A stretch of DNA of 34,635 nucleotides from a virus (taxonomy: Duplodnaviria; Caudoviricetes), in the IMG/VR virus record IMGVR_UViG_3300025849_000108, positions 1-34,635 of that record; one strand, given 5' to 3'. The translations under genes and the position numbers were made by a program. Of this stretch, positions 19,701 through 28,709 are shown piece after piece. Under the pieces are notes generated by a model. The model ran no database searches and was not told the origin of the DNA. It saw only the letters and a program-made list of their open reading frames with translations. Within the stretch, counting starts at the first letter, position 1. Every line of letters begins with the position of its first letter.

Positions 19701-20003
19701 GATTATATAGTTGAAGTTGCGAATCTGAAGTATGTTAACATTGGTGATCAGGTAATGGTGAATGGTAAGACAAATCTTGTTTTCCCAACAGGTTACTATA
19801 GTAGTGATGGATCAAGTGGAACACGATTTAATGGATTTGTTATTGGTAAAACACCCATAGGCGATAATCAGCAGTTGACTATCAGATACTATGGTGGTAG
19901 TGCGCCCTCAGGGCAATCAGCTGGCGCCCATGTAGCAGGCGCTGGCGCAGGTACAATAAATATAGTAGACGACTTTGTGATGGCACAAGGGCTTTTAAAA
20001 TAG
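16755..20003 (+). CDS. virion structural protein with a putative right-handed beta-helix (tailspike-like) domain
   Basis: N-terminal KKFTDL...DTDIFAIVD...SRKIT and TTDHIQEGQNKYF motifs typical of phage fibres. HNDTTTINTAI...TYNV...GVDFDGN...IQNVIGDGV...VTGNVIQN...IANNVIKNVGAGL is a beta-helix pattern. SD-like AGGA upstream. Confidence 0.6.
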   Translation: MAKKFTDLSTGTLSDTDIFAIVDTAGDQLNSRKITAQDISSYVYSSDEITGGLSNLKSALNGNAGTDNLLNASKVFYNDGVTSAFRDASYLLDWANTRNPPTIAESNSQLKNDSNFSSLVDDGQQNYSLEVRNTVGSSAVVQRVTTDHIQEGQNKYFNDANVETKIDERFPTLFQSFSDTFDSGNSKDSLQGVNGTWQNTIGADAGSQTSREVLISQVGVGANDFAENQVIRVYGGTSGSPVAVDTAPGLVVSKNAFNDTGTANASGNTLTMNYRVAKFDTRTGRIGPRSGVQSQVISLAGTTTSTDFLNAFDGDYYINLSLSGLNSTDGVLIYRKVGNSGTTMKLIAVLGPKDLADGNNNWKDYHTFDYVAWSGKSSEDNSYPSSLIHFPATIAESPDATAGGHNEVLEGWSDLTVESSSDSGAGDGSFIVTFKTSATVNHPSGILGRACSLAHNDTTTINTAILSKIDPAIGIKSLSLNAKTYNVVTINIPNNFGLTGVAGLTKIRKLPWASYTFPSVDGSASTQILQSPGITGATTITLDGVDFDGNAINQFLLADTDGNRFIDFGVQTTDITFNKCKIQNVIGDGVYSSIPLRFKMNLSEISNGGLTDRYDITPLTIDSGINTVVTGNVIQNFTESVDATVTSEGVIANNVIKNVGAGLNIYGSTFLVTSPNVMMGPANEFLSTPDILNSEFDSINISRASMQAVGTGQPFLSDDFVYQENGATYDLTQDSIGTNAKVVFRTNLLAVDSDNNFSIYGNEVGPGVKDINNTAMTATTTGGAADADSYLKLNTPYMITHVGNTDWTTLGAAINMTGAVFTWNGTSLPSYSASGGRVTANEFPGYENSGHKGPIILARRTANRQGTGDLVPTDGQFGFTIANADTSGTLQQLITTSGAYSYSTFKNIYTTQLGNSLHPAGTKHYGVAWSANLRTDVKAGDIANNGSWESAGQLNASGLDNLGLNVYRTSAVDTLNANKHYVDYIVEVANLKYVNIGDQVMVNGKTNLVFPTGYYSSDGSSGTRFNGFVIGKTPIGDNQQLTIRYYGGSAPSGQSAGAHVAGAGAGTINIVDDFVMAQGLLK
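19955..19962 (+). promoter_or_regulatory. late promoter (AATAAATA)
   Basis: 50 bp upstream of the ATG at 20013. Confidence 0.45.
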
Positions 20004-20012
20004 GAAAAATAA

Positions 20013-23000
20013 ATGTCAAGTATAACAAATACAAATCAAAACTCAAGTGTAGTTAACGTAGGTCGAACGACTCCAGTTACTCCAGGTCCTCAGTCGGCAG
20101 ATAAGTCTATACCTGTAGTAATGGCTACAGACCAAACTTCTATTCCAGTTGTTGAGCAAAATAAAGTACAGTCTGAGGTTGCTCTATCGCTTCTAGGTAT
20201 TCCTAGAGCAGAGATTGCACTTGGTATTTTTGCTGACGTTAATACTTATGATGTTAATCCATCAGAATGGTCAATGAAGCCAGAATATCACGTTGCTGGC
20301 GGTGTTGATAGACAAGCAATTGGTATTAAGCATCTTCCTACTGAAGCGGGCGCACTTGTAGAAGCCGGTAGAAACAAAACAGCAGTACTAACATCTAAGC
20401 GTTTCTTTAGATATCAGCCTGGTCGTGTATCAGCCGCTACTTTTGGTATTAAAAGTACATTAAGTTTAGTTGATTTTTGTCAGAATCCACCTATTCGTAA
20501 GTTTGGTATTTACGACAAGTATGATGGTTACTATTGGGAAAGTCGAAACAATGGTAAGGGAGATAATTTCTCTGCTGTTCGTAGAACTCAATCTCTGAAC
20601 TACGGGCCTACTAGTCTATATGGAATTGGTGGTGGAAGTGGTACTCCATTAAGAGGCGAAAGCCCAGGTGGAACACTCTTAGACACTACACAACTTGACG
20701 ACTACAGAATTGTTGGTATGGGTGCAGACGAGAAAACTGAATCAGCCGGAAGTTTTGTGTCTGACAGAAAAATTCTTCAAGAAGCAAGATATAATCTTAT
20801 TGATACAGTACTAAATGCTGTAGAAGCCGCATACTCAAAGCCCACCGGTCAAACTGCTGTTCAGAGAGTCTATGATGGTACATCTGTTAACGTATCTTCG
20901 GCAGAATTAGGTGCCAGTAATTTCTATGACAACTTTGCTACTATGTTCGCAAAGGCTGTTGGTTGGGAAGGTAGTTCCGCTATAATTACAGGCGCACAAC
21001 TAAAAGAAAAATGTAAACGAGATTTAGATTATTGGATAGATAACTTCATACTCGATTTAGAGTATGGCGGTACCGCTCATACAATATGGAACACTACAAA
21101 CTTTGCTCTACCTACTACAGGTGGTAATGCTAACACTGCTTGGAACTCAAGCCCAAGAATAGGTGTAGGCGTATTCCCACAAATTTCTTTATTCGAAGCA
21201 CCAATTCATGCACAACTATTGGCTACGATTGACGCAAACTCTGCGGGTGTCTTTGGAACAACACTATCACCGGAAGCCGAAACTAAACTTAAGGCTCTAC
21301 AGACAATTGTTGCTACAGCATTTGGTGATGCACAAAACGCAGGCTACACTAACACATTTACTGTACCATCTCTTGCTAGTGCAAATGTTGATTATGGCAC
21401 AAGAGCAAATAAATTAGACACAATTTTTACGGCTAAGAAAAACTTCTGGTCATATTATGTTACTGCTAAAAAAGCAGAGAGAACTGTTGGTGCTAACACT
21501 ACTTCTCTGGTTGCAGGTAGAAAGTATGTAATTATTAATGACTCTAGCGATGTTAACTGGTCAGCCCTAGACGCAGACAGTGCAGGCACATACTTTACTG
21601 GTAGAGTATTTACTGCAACAGCTACAGCACCAACAGGTGCAAACCTTGGCTCTGTTGCAGAAGCGATTACATACTCTGCTCCTAGTTACGGTCCTAGTGG
21701 AACAATAGATGGCACTGATTCAAGTCAACTTACTAGCGATGGTCAGACAGCACTAACTCCATTCAGAGATTTGACAGCAACACAAATTCAAGAACTACTG
21801 AGAGATAAATGTCAGCGTGATGTTGGTTATATTATTGATGGTTATCAGAATGATATTATTGGTGGTGGTGACGCAGAAACCACATACAATATGAATATGT
21901 TCACAAGAGGCACAGGCCTTTCGGTATACTCGCAAAAAGAAGCAGACGGAACATTAAGTGAGCCTGACCGCCACTCAAATCTAAAAGCTGTCTTAGCGGC
22001 AGACTTACTGGTTATTGATAATATTTTGGCTGAAGATATCAGCGCAGAAATAACATCACTAAATGCATTAGCATCAAGAGTTGTTGCTAACTTTGCTAAA
22101 GAAGACGTTAAGTCTATTACTGTTGGCGACAGACCATTCCCAGGCAACTTAGTTGTTCTTCGTGATGGGTTGACTCACACTCATGGTGGTGTATATGACC
22201 CATCGTTACTTAAAGATGCAGAAAAAATTAAAACAGTCTTACACGCAAATGGTACTCAAAGTGGAACAACAGCAAGTAAAGTTCCTACTCAGTTCAAACT
22301 AACCAAAGGCAATGTAACATTTGGTCAACACGTTAGAATTACATGGAGTGGTACAGCTACGCATCTGGATATACAGCCGGCAGTAGGTGCTGATACTCAA
22401 GTTAAAGTAATGAAGGGTGAGATTCTTAAAGTTAAGAGAGTTATAGGTCCTAAAGGAAATATCTTCACAGCAACAAAGGCTGATGAAGCCAGAATGGTTG
22501 TTACTGCTGTAGATGCGAGTGGTAATTATGTCAATGCCACCACAAATATCAATACAGGAATTGGAACACTTTATTTTGAAACTGTATGTCCGTTTGTTTT
22601 CCCATTGGACTATGATATTCTTAGACATAACACCGCAGGTGCGACTAGTAGTTTGTTGTCTGAGATCGATGTAACTCCAGATACGCTAAACAGCCAAGCA
22701 AATGATCCGACTGCCCACGCTAATCATAGAGTATTCAGATATATTAATGCGGCAAATATTAATGGTACTGGAGCAACTCCTAAGGGTGCTATGTTCCCAT
22801 ATATGTACGCATTTGGCGATGATCTTAAAGCAGAGGGTGGTTTAGGAGTAGATTATATAGGGTTTGTTAACACGGCACTTGATCCAAATGGACAGAGCGG
22901 CGCCAATGTAAATAGCATTAGATCACAAATGGACAACGTAAACTTCTTCCCAGAGTATGTTAATTGGATTAAGAATAATGTTAAGCCAGAATACTGGGGC

Positions 23001-24626
23001 GTTTACGAGTATCGTGTACCTCGTTCAAGATTCAGTCATGACGCTCTTGACGGTATATCTGCAATTGCAACATCAAGAACCTCATATGCGGCCGATAACC
23101 TAGGTAGAAATAGAGTGTATAGTGACTTAGCAACATCTCCCTTAGATGGAACTGTTGCTAGACCTGGGCAGAATTATAGTGAAGTAGAAGGCGTTAAAGT
23201 AAAACAAGACAGTCTTTACAAATATGACTTCACTAAAGTAACGATGCTTAAAATTGAGTTCTCATGGTATGGTGCTGTTGGTGCATTGTTCTTAGCATAT
23301 GTTCCAGTCGGTAACGGTGAAGCACGATGGGTACGAGTACATCACCTAAGAGCATCGAATCAGTTGAAGATTGCATCTCTTGGTAACGCAACACTACCTA
23401 TTACTTACACTACTTACGGCGGCGGAGATTCGCAAAGTTTGGGAGATACAGAAGAAACTGCCAATGATGGAATAGGTTACGACAAAGGTTACGAAAGTAG
23501 TTCGCATCACATTGTTAAGTATGGTGCTTCTTACTATATTGATGGTGGTGACCGTGGTACTGTTCGTCTATACAGTCATAACAACGATAACCCTGTAACT
23601 TGTCGTGGTAAGCAGTTTGATGTGTTTAGTAGTGGTGCAACCACTAACACAGCTTCACTATCAGGAGATATTGCTAGTGAAGGTTCTAATACACCGTTCT
23701 TACATATAAACAATACTATTGATGCCGAGTTCTTTATGGGTGCTGTAGTAGATACAGGAAACGCACTTGATCAAAATGTGAAAGTTGTTTGGGCTGACAA
23801 TACTACTAACAAAGTATACTTGTCGTCTACACTCAATACAGCAAACAATAGTTCATTAAAATTACTGCCAGATAGAGCAGAAACTGTATTCGGTGTTGAA
23901 ACTAAGAAAGTGATTCGAAGCACAAGAGATAGTAATCTTGTTCGTAACAGAGTTCAGGTGTATCCAACTAAGATGTCAACAGCTAATCTAAACGCAGGCA
24001 CTGTTAGACTTAGATTTAAGAAGACGCCTACATTCCAGACAAAGGTTACTCCAAGCGGCTCGTTTACGCTAAACGCTGACTACCCTGTTACTAGTGCGAA
24101 CTCGCCTTTACCATCAGCAAGTTCAACTTATCTTCCTAACGGAGAAAGTAGCTATGGTTGGTTTAGAGGAAGAATTGGAACTGCGGGAGTAACTGTTTTC
24201 GGAAGACTATATAGAGAGAGCGATAGTTATTATTTCGAACAGCTTGAAAGTTATGAAGGCACATTAACACTCTTCAATGGTGGTTCATTCTTACCTGACA
24301 AGAGATTCTTAGCAACTGGTGCTGAAGTTACTGGTGCATATACAGCAGACAGTAAAACAACTATCGAAAAAGAGGGATTGAGTTCTGTATTGATTGCTAC
24401 TGATGTTGTTGTTCCTATTCCAGATACTGGAATTAATGTTGCTACTACATACTTACAGCAGGGAACAGAGCAGTTTGACTTGAGCCCATATTTTGATTAT
24501 AATAAAGAATATCTATCATTCCCCTTGACAGATATTACCGACAGCTTGTATCTTGCAGTTGATCGTGATACAGCAAGCACAACTACTAACGATATCAGTT
24601 TAGGTGTAACATGGGAAGAGCAGTAG
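20013..24626 (+). CDS. large virion structural protein, paralog 1 (SKRxFRYQPGR / KIEFSWYGA family) with two KCxRD helical repeats
   Basis: 1537-aa ORF with SD AGGA; shares several colinear motifs with the next gene. Confidence 0.65.
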   Translation: MSSITNTNQNSSVVNVGRTTPVTPGPQSADKSIPVVMATDQTSIPVVEQNKVQSEVALSLLGIPRAEIALGIFADVNTYDVNPSEWSMKPEYHVAGGVDRQAIGIKHLPTEAGALVEAGRNKTAVLTSKRFFRYQPGRVSAATFGIKSTLSLVDFCQNPPIRKFGIYDKYDGYYWESRNNGKGDNFSAVRRTQSLNYGPTSLYGIGGGSGTPLRGESPGGTLLDTTQLDDYRIVGMGADEKTESAGSFVSDRKILQEARYNLIDTVLNAVEAAYSKPTGQTAVQRVYDGTSVNVSSAELGASNFYDNFATMFAKAVGWEGSSAIITGAQLKEKCKRDLDYWIDNFILDLEYGGTAHTIWNTTNFALPTTGGNANTAWNSSPRIGVGVFPQISLFEAPIHAQLLATIDANSAGVFGTTLSPEAETKLKALQTIVATAFGDAQNAGYTNTFTVPSLASANVDYGTRANKLDTIFTAKKNFWSYYVTAKKAERTVGANTTSLVAGRKYVIINDSSDVNWSALDADSAGTYFTGRVFTATATAPTGANLGSVAEAITYSAPSYGPSGTIDGTDSSQLTSDGQTALTPFRDLTATQIQELLRDKCQRDVGYIIDGYQNDIIGGGDAETTYNMNMFTRGTGLSVYSQKEADGTLSEPDRHSNLKAVLAADLLVIDNILAEDISAEITSLNALASRVVANFAKEDVKSITVGDRPFPGNLVVLRDGLTHTHGGVYDPSLLKDAEKIKTVLHANGTQSGTTASKVPTQFKLTKGNVTFGQHVRITWSGTATHLDIQPAVGADTQVKVMKGEILKVKRVIGPKGNIFTATKADEARMVVTAVDASGNYVNATTNINTGIGTLYFETVCPFVFPLDYDILRHNTAGATSSLLSEIDVTPDTLNSQANDPTAHANHRVFRYINAANINGTGATPKGAMFPYMYAFGDDLKAEGGLGVDYIGFVNTALDPNGQSGANVNSIRSQMDNVNFFPEYVNWIKNNVKPEYWGVYEYRVPRSRFSHDALDGISAIATSRTSYAADNLGRNRVYSDLATSPLDGTVARPGQNYSEVEGVKVKQDSLYKYDFTKVTMLKIEFSWYGAVGALFLAYVPVGNGEARWVRVHHLRASNQLKIASLGNATLPITYTTYGGGDSQSLGDTEETANDGIGYDKGYESSSHHIVKYGASYYIDGGDRGTVRLYSHNNDNPVTCRGKQFDVFSSGATTNTASLSGDIASEGSNTPFLHINNTIDAEFFMGAVVDTGNALDQNVKVVWADNTTNKVYLSSTLNTANNSSLKLLPDRAETVFGVETKKVIRSTRDSNLVRNRVQVYPTKMSTANLNAGTVRLRFKKTPTFQTKVTPSGSFTLNADYPVTSANSPLPSASSTYLPNGESSYGWFRGRIGTAGVTVFGRLYRESDSYYFEQLESYEGTLTLFNGGSFLPDKRFLATGAEVTGAYTADSKTTIEKEGLSSVLIATDVVVPIPDTGINVATTYLQQGTEQFDLSPYFDYNKEYLSFPLTDITDSLYLAVDRDTASTTTNDISLGVTWEEQ

Positions 24627-24629
24627 TTT

Positions 24630-27600
24630 ATGGCACAAAAAACAGTTTACACGGAGATTCTCTCAACAGGAATCACTGGAGATGTAGTATCCGCACCTGG
24701 GCATAATTTACAGGTTGGCGACAAAGTTAGAGTTACAGACTCTTCTGGAACTTTGTCTGAGGGCGATTATGCGCTCACACAAGCTACTGAAATCATTAAT
24801 GCGAATCAGTTTAGACTAACTGGTGTTGGAACTGCTTCAACACTAGTTGGTATGGCTTCTGTTACTATAGTTAAAGTGTCGTCTATCGCCAATTCGTTAG
24901 GCAAAAAAATTAAACTTGGTTTTGATAAAACACCTGCTCCAGTCACAAAACAATTCCAACAGCTAGTAGATATCGAAGGAACTTTACTATTCGATGATGC
25001 AGGTAATCCACTCGTAACTGAAGAATCAGCGGCACTAACTAGTCGAACGATATCTCAAAACGCTCTATCTATTCAAGTTAATAATAAAAATATACCTGAT
25101 GGTGGCGGGCCCATTAAGATTGAAGAGCAGTTTAAAGAGACTTCTGAAGTAAGTAGTTCACTTCTTGGTGTTCCTCGTGCTGAAGAACAGCTAAGTCTTT
25201 TTTCTGATGTTGCAACATACGGTCTTGATGTTGATAACTGGGATGCATCTGATTTCGATCAAGGTCATAATAATGACCCCGAAGAGTGGTACAAAAAAGA
25301 ACACCCTGTTCATGGAAGACGATCAAATATAAGATTTTATGAGGGGTCTGATGAGCAAGCACTTTATCTAAAGGCTTTCCCTAGTCAATACACCTTTCCA
25401 TATGGAACAAGATATAACAAGTTAGCTACCCCAACTACTAGGTTTATGAAGTACATGAACTTCATTGCTTTGGGTAGATACTTGTATGATTTCTGGTACT
25501 CTGATGGAAAAATTGATTTCGCTGAAGCAAACTTCATAGCACCTAGATTCGCACAAGTTGTCAATTCAAGTGGAAGTCTTTTTGGAACTGTCGATAACCC
25601 TCAATATATATTCGGTAAAAACGCAACACAACTCACCTTTACAAACTCTGGTGAATTTTTTGATGTCGATTATCTTGGCGATCAGCAAGACTCATATGAT
25701 GCCGTTGAGAGGTTTACTGCTTGGTATGACAAGGTAAGAGGTGGTACGGACATATATCCTGATGTAGCATCTGGTCAAAGAATCGCTAATGAGGGTCAGG
25801 ACAGAGAAAACAGAATAGCAACTAGGGGATATAAGGGGTTTAGAGAGTACGATCTTATTCAAAACATGATTCGTGACGAAGATGCTATACCCGGCTCTGG
25901 CTCAAATACAACTTATTATGGGATTTTACAGAGCAAAAGAACATTTAGATATCAACCTGGCCGAGCAAGTGGATTTACGTTTGGTGTTAGAATGGCATCA
26001 GATGGTGCGCCAGCATCTTCTACTGTAGCTGAGTGGGGATGCTCAAACGATACAGACGAATATATGTTTCAGCTTAGAGGAGAGGCTTTAAGTATTGTAA
26101 GAAGAAGTACAATCCAACTTCCGTCTACTTGGTTTGAAAGAGAAGGTATACCAGAATCTGCACAAACTGTAGTGTCTCCTCAGGGCGTAAGAAACAATCA
26201 AGATGCTAGTCAACTATTCGAAACAAAAATCATAAGAGAGCAGTTTAATGGCGATGCGCTTCAAGGCGGAGGCAACTCTGGATATACACTGTCTTTTGAA
26301 GATGTTACCATGTACAAGATTGAGTTCTCGTGGTATGGTGCTATTGGCGCAAAATTCTATGCATACGTTCCTATTGGAAATGATGAGTGCAGATGGGTAT
26401 TGATGCACACGTTTGTGATTGAAAATGCTCTTGGTGAGCCAGTTTTAGAAAATCCAGACTTTAGGATGAAGTATTTACTTCACACAAGCAACACTAAAGA
26501 GATAAGATCACCAATATATCTTTACAAGTATGGCTCATCAGTATATGTTGATGGTGGCGATGAAGGCACGATAAAATTATCTTCGGAAACTGTTGATAGT
26601 AAGTCATTCACTACAAGAACTCCAATTTTAGGTATTATGCCTAAAGAGTATATACTTAACAGTGAAGGTGTACCAAAAGTAAACTTCAAGAAAATTTATC
26701 CATCTACGATCACGGTGACTTCAAACAAAAACACTAGAATTGATTTTGAAGAGGTCAAGGGTTCAGCGCAGGGGCATCATTTTGCTTATGCGGCATCTTT
26801 GCATATGAATGGGAGACATCCAAAGTCTAGAAAAATGACATTCAAATACACTTCAGGCGCATCTAAAATCGGTATTGTTCCTTTGAGTAGTCTTGGTAAT
26901 AGTACAGTATTCACGAGTCAAGCAGGAAACAGAATACTTGGTTCTAATAAGTTTAAAGCTACGCTAACAAACGGCTCGTCTGAAGTCGTGATAGTAACAG
27001 ATGATAATAATTTTCAGCACACATTTACTGGTCTTCAAGTTGGAGATGCTGTCAACTTCACAAATGTTGTTGGAACATTCTACGTCAAAAATTTCCTTGA
27101 TGGTAGTACTATAAGCTATAGTAGCACAGGCAAAATTAAACTAAATCTCACCACAGCATTTACTGGTAGCACTGTAACTACTACAATGGATGCGGTTCAT
27201 GCATTTTCTAATAGCGAAATTCTTTCACATCTTGTTGCAGATGGTGTTTATGGAACTTATATTGGCGACTTAGTTGGTCAAATTAAAAAGAGGGGTAGAT
27301 CAAATCTTGGACAGACTTCTTATGCACTTATCAATGGCACAGGAACTAACTCCAGAACTAAAAATGGGTCTATAATCTCTGTCAATGATCCAGGTTTGAT
27401 TTTCGATGGATTTTTAAGCGGGTATAGAACAATTGTGGCTTCTAAAGTTCCCTTATCTACCAATAAATTTAAAATACACTTTTTGAATCCAAATGCTAAA
27501 GACCCTGGTATTGAAAGTGGATATGATCACTTTGCTGAGTTTAGCATAGGCATTACTCCATATAAACCAGTTGAAACTGCTGATAGACCTGATAGTGATC

Positions 27601-28709
27601 CAGAACTAAAATTCCTTAATGGTTCTGTATACGAAGAGTATGATATAAATGAGTTTCCATCGATAGAATACTGTCATGCTGATGTTACATTTGATCACAA
27701 AGCTGAACTCGAAGGTGCAGAATATGACCCTACTTATGGTAACAGATTAAATGTAGACCCTAGACTCAGTAAAAATGAGAATATACTTGATGGTGCGAAT
27801 CGTGGAGATGTTTCTACTGTTCAGGGAGAAATTACTGTTAGCGAACATACCTATCTCAGTATTGCTACAGAGCAAGTAGATGGATTTTTGAGAACTAGAA
27901 TAAACTTCCCAGTTTCATTTAGCCCGCCCCCGGGCATAACTCCAAATGTATCTGAACTCGGAAGAAACTTTAGTGGCACTGGAGTGAAATTCGTTTCAGA
28001 TTTTATAGAAGATACGGCGAATGAAAATATTGGATATTTTGTATATGTCGAATATGATCAAACAGTTCATAATCAACTAGCAGTTGCCAATCCAAAAACT
28101 ATACAAACTAAAAATTTGATATTAAAAGATGATTGGCAAGCATACTCCGTTGATGGAAATGGAGTAGAAAAATATCAACACAAAAGATTTAATATTATTA
28201 AATCAGTTTCGTTCGATACACAGCCACTATATCCAGTGTTTGCTTTAGGCGATCATGCTAGAATAAATGGAATTGTCATTGAAGAAATATTTGAGCAAGG
28301 TACGATAAGAACTCATACACCAGATTTTGCATTGGAAGCCCATAACTCTCATCCAATATCTGTTGTGACCAGTGGTAGTGAAACTAGAAAAGTGAATGGT
28401 GTTGATGTAACGTATACATTTAGCGCCGCAGAAGGTGGCATAATATCATCGTTTAATGCAGGAGAAAGGCTGTCTGCATCTAGGTATGATAAGTCTACTG
28501 TAAATCAACTAAGACCGGGCAATTGCGTGTATTCGACATATATTGGAGAAAATGAGACAGTAAGTTTGCAACTAGATAATATTTTTGCAAGAGATAGAAA
28601 GGGTATAAGTAGAGGTTCACTAAATAATAGAGCGATGTTCATAACTGCAACATCTTTAGATGGATTATCTGGAACCGTACAACTATCTGTGACAAACAAG
28701 GAACAATAA
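24630..28709 (+). CDS. large virion structural protein, paralog 2 (SKRxFRYQPGR / KIEFSWYGA family)
   Basis: 1359-aa ORF. SEVSSSLLGVPRAE, SKRTFRYQPGRASGFTFG, VTMYKIEFSWYGAIGA and KYGSSVYVDGGDEGT parallel the previous gene; both end in EQ. Confidence 0.65.
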   Translation: MAQKTVYTEILSTGITGDVVSAPGHNLQVGDKVRVTDSSGTLSEGDYALTQATEIINANQFRLTGVGTASTLVGMASVTIVKVSSIANSLGKKIKLGFDKTPAPVTKQFQQLVDIEGTLLFDDAGNPLVTEESAALTSRTISQNALSIQVNNKNIPDGGGPIKIEEQFKETSEVSSSLLGVPRAEEQLSLFSDVATYGLDVDNWDASDFDQGHNNDPEEWYKKEHPVHGRRSNIRFYEGSDEQALYLKAFPSQYTFPYGTRYNKLATPTTRFMKYMNFIALGRYLYDFWYSDGKIDFAEANFIAPRFAQVVNSSGSLFGTVDNPQYIFGKNATQLTFTNSGEFFDVDYLGDQQDSYDAVERFTAWYDKVRGGTDIYPDVASGQRIANEGQDRENRIATRGYKGFREYDLIQNMIRDEDAIPGSGSNTTYYGILQSKRTFRYQPGRASGFTFGVRMASDGAPASSTVAEWGCSNDTDEYMFQLRGEALSIVRRSTIQLPSTWFEREGIPESAQTVVSPQGVRNNQDASQLFETKIIREQFNGDALQGGGNSGYTLSFEDVTMYKIEFSWYGAIGAKFYAYVPIGNDECRWVLMHTFVIENALGEPVLENPDFRMKYLLHTSNTKEIRSPIYLYKYGSSVYVDGGDEGTIKLSSETVDSKSFTTRTPILGIMPKEYILNSEGVPKVNFKKIYPSTITVTSNKNTRIDFEEVKGSAQGHHFAYAASLHMNGRHPKSRKMTFKYTSGASKIGIVPLSSLGNSTVFTSQAGNRILGSNKFKATLTNGSSEVVIVTDDNNFQHTFTGLQVGDAVNFTNVVGTFYVKNFLDGSTISYSSTGKIKLNLTTAFTGSTVTTTMDAVHAFSNSEILSHLVADGVYGTYIGDLVGQIKKRGRSNLGQTSYALINGTGTNSRTKNGSIISVNDPGLIFDGFLSGYRTIVASKVPLSTNKFKIHFLNPNAKDPGIESGYDHFAEFSIGITPYKPVETADRPDSDPELKFLNGSVYEEYDINEFPSIEYCHADVTFDHKAELEGAEYDPTYGNRLNVDPRLSKNENILDGANRGDVSTVQGEITVSEHTYLSIATEQVDGFLRTRINFPVSFSPPPGITPNVSELGRNFSGTGVKFVSDFIEDTANENIGYFVYVEYDQTVHNQLAVANPKTIQTKNLILKDDWQAYSVDGNGVEKYQHKRFNIIKSVSFDTQPLYPVFALGDHARINGIVIEEIFEQGTIRTHTPDFALEAHNSHPISVVTSGSETRKVNGVDVTYTFSAAEGGIISSFNAGERLSASRYDKSTVNQLRPGNCVYSTYIGENETVSLQLDNIFARDRKGISRGSLNNRAMFITATSLDGLSGTVQLSVTNKEQ
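28620..28626 (+). promoter_or_regulatory. possible late promoter (CTAAATA)
   Basis: TAAATA core about 83 bp upstream of the LRR gene start. Confidence 0.3.
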
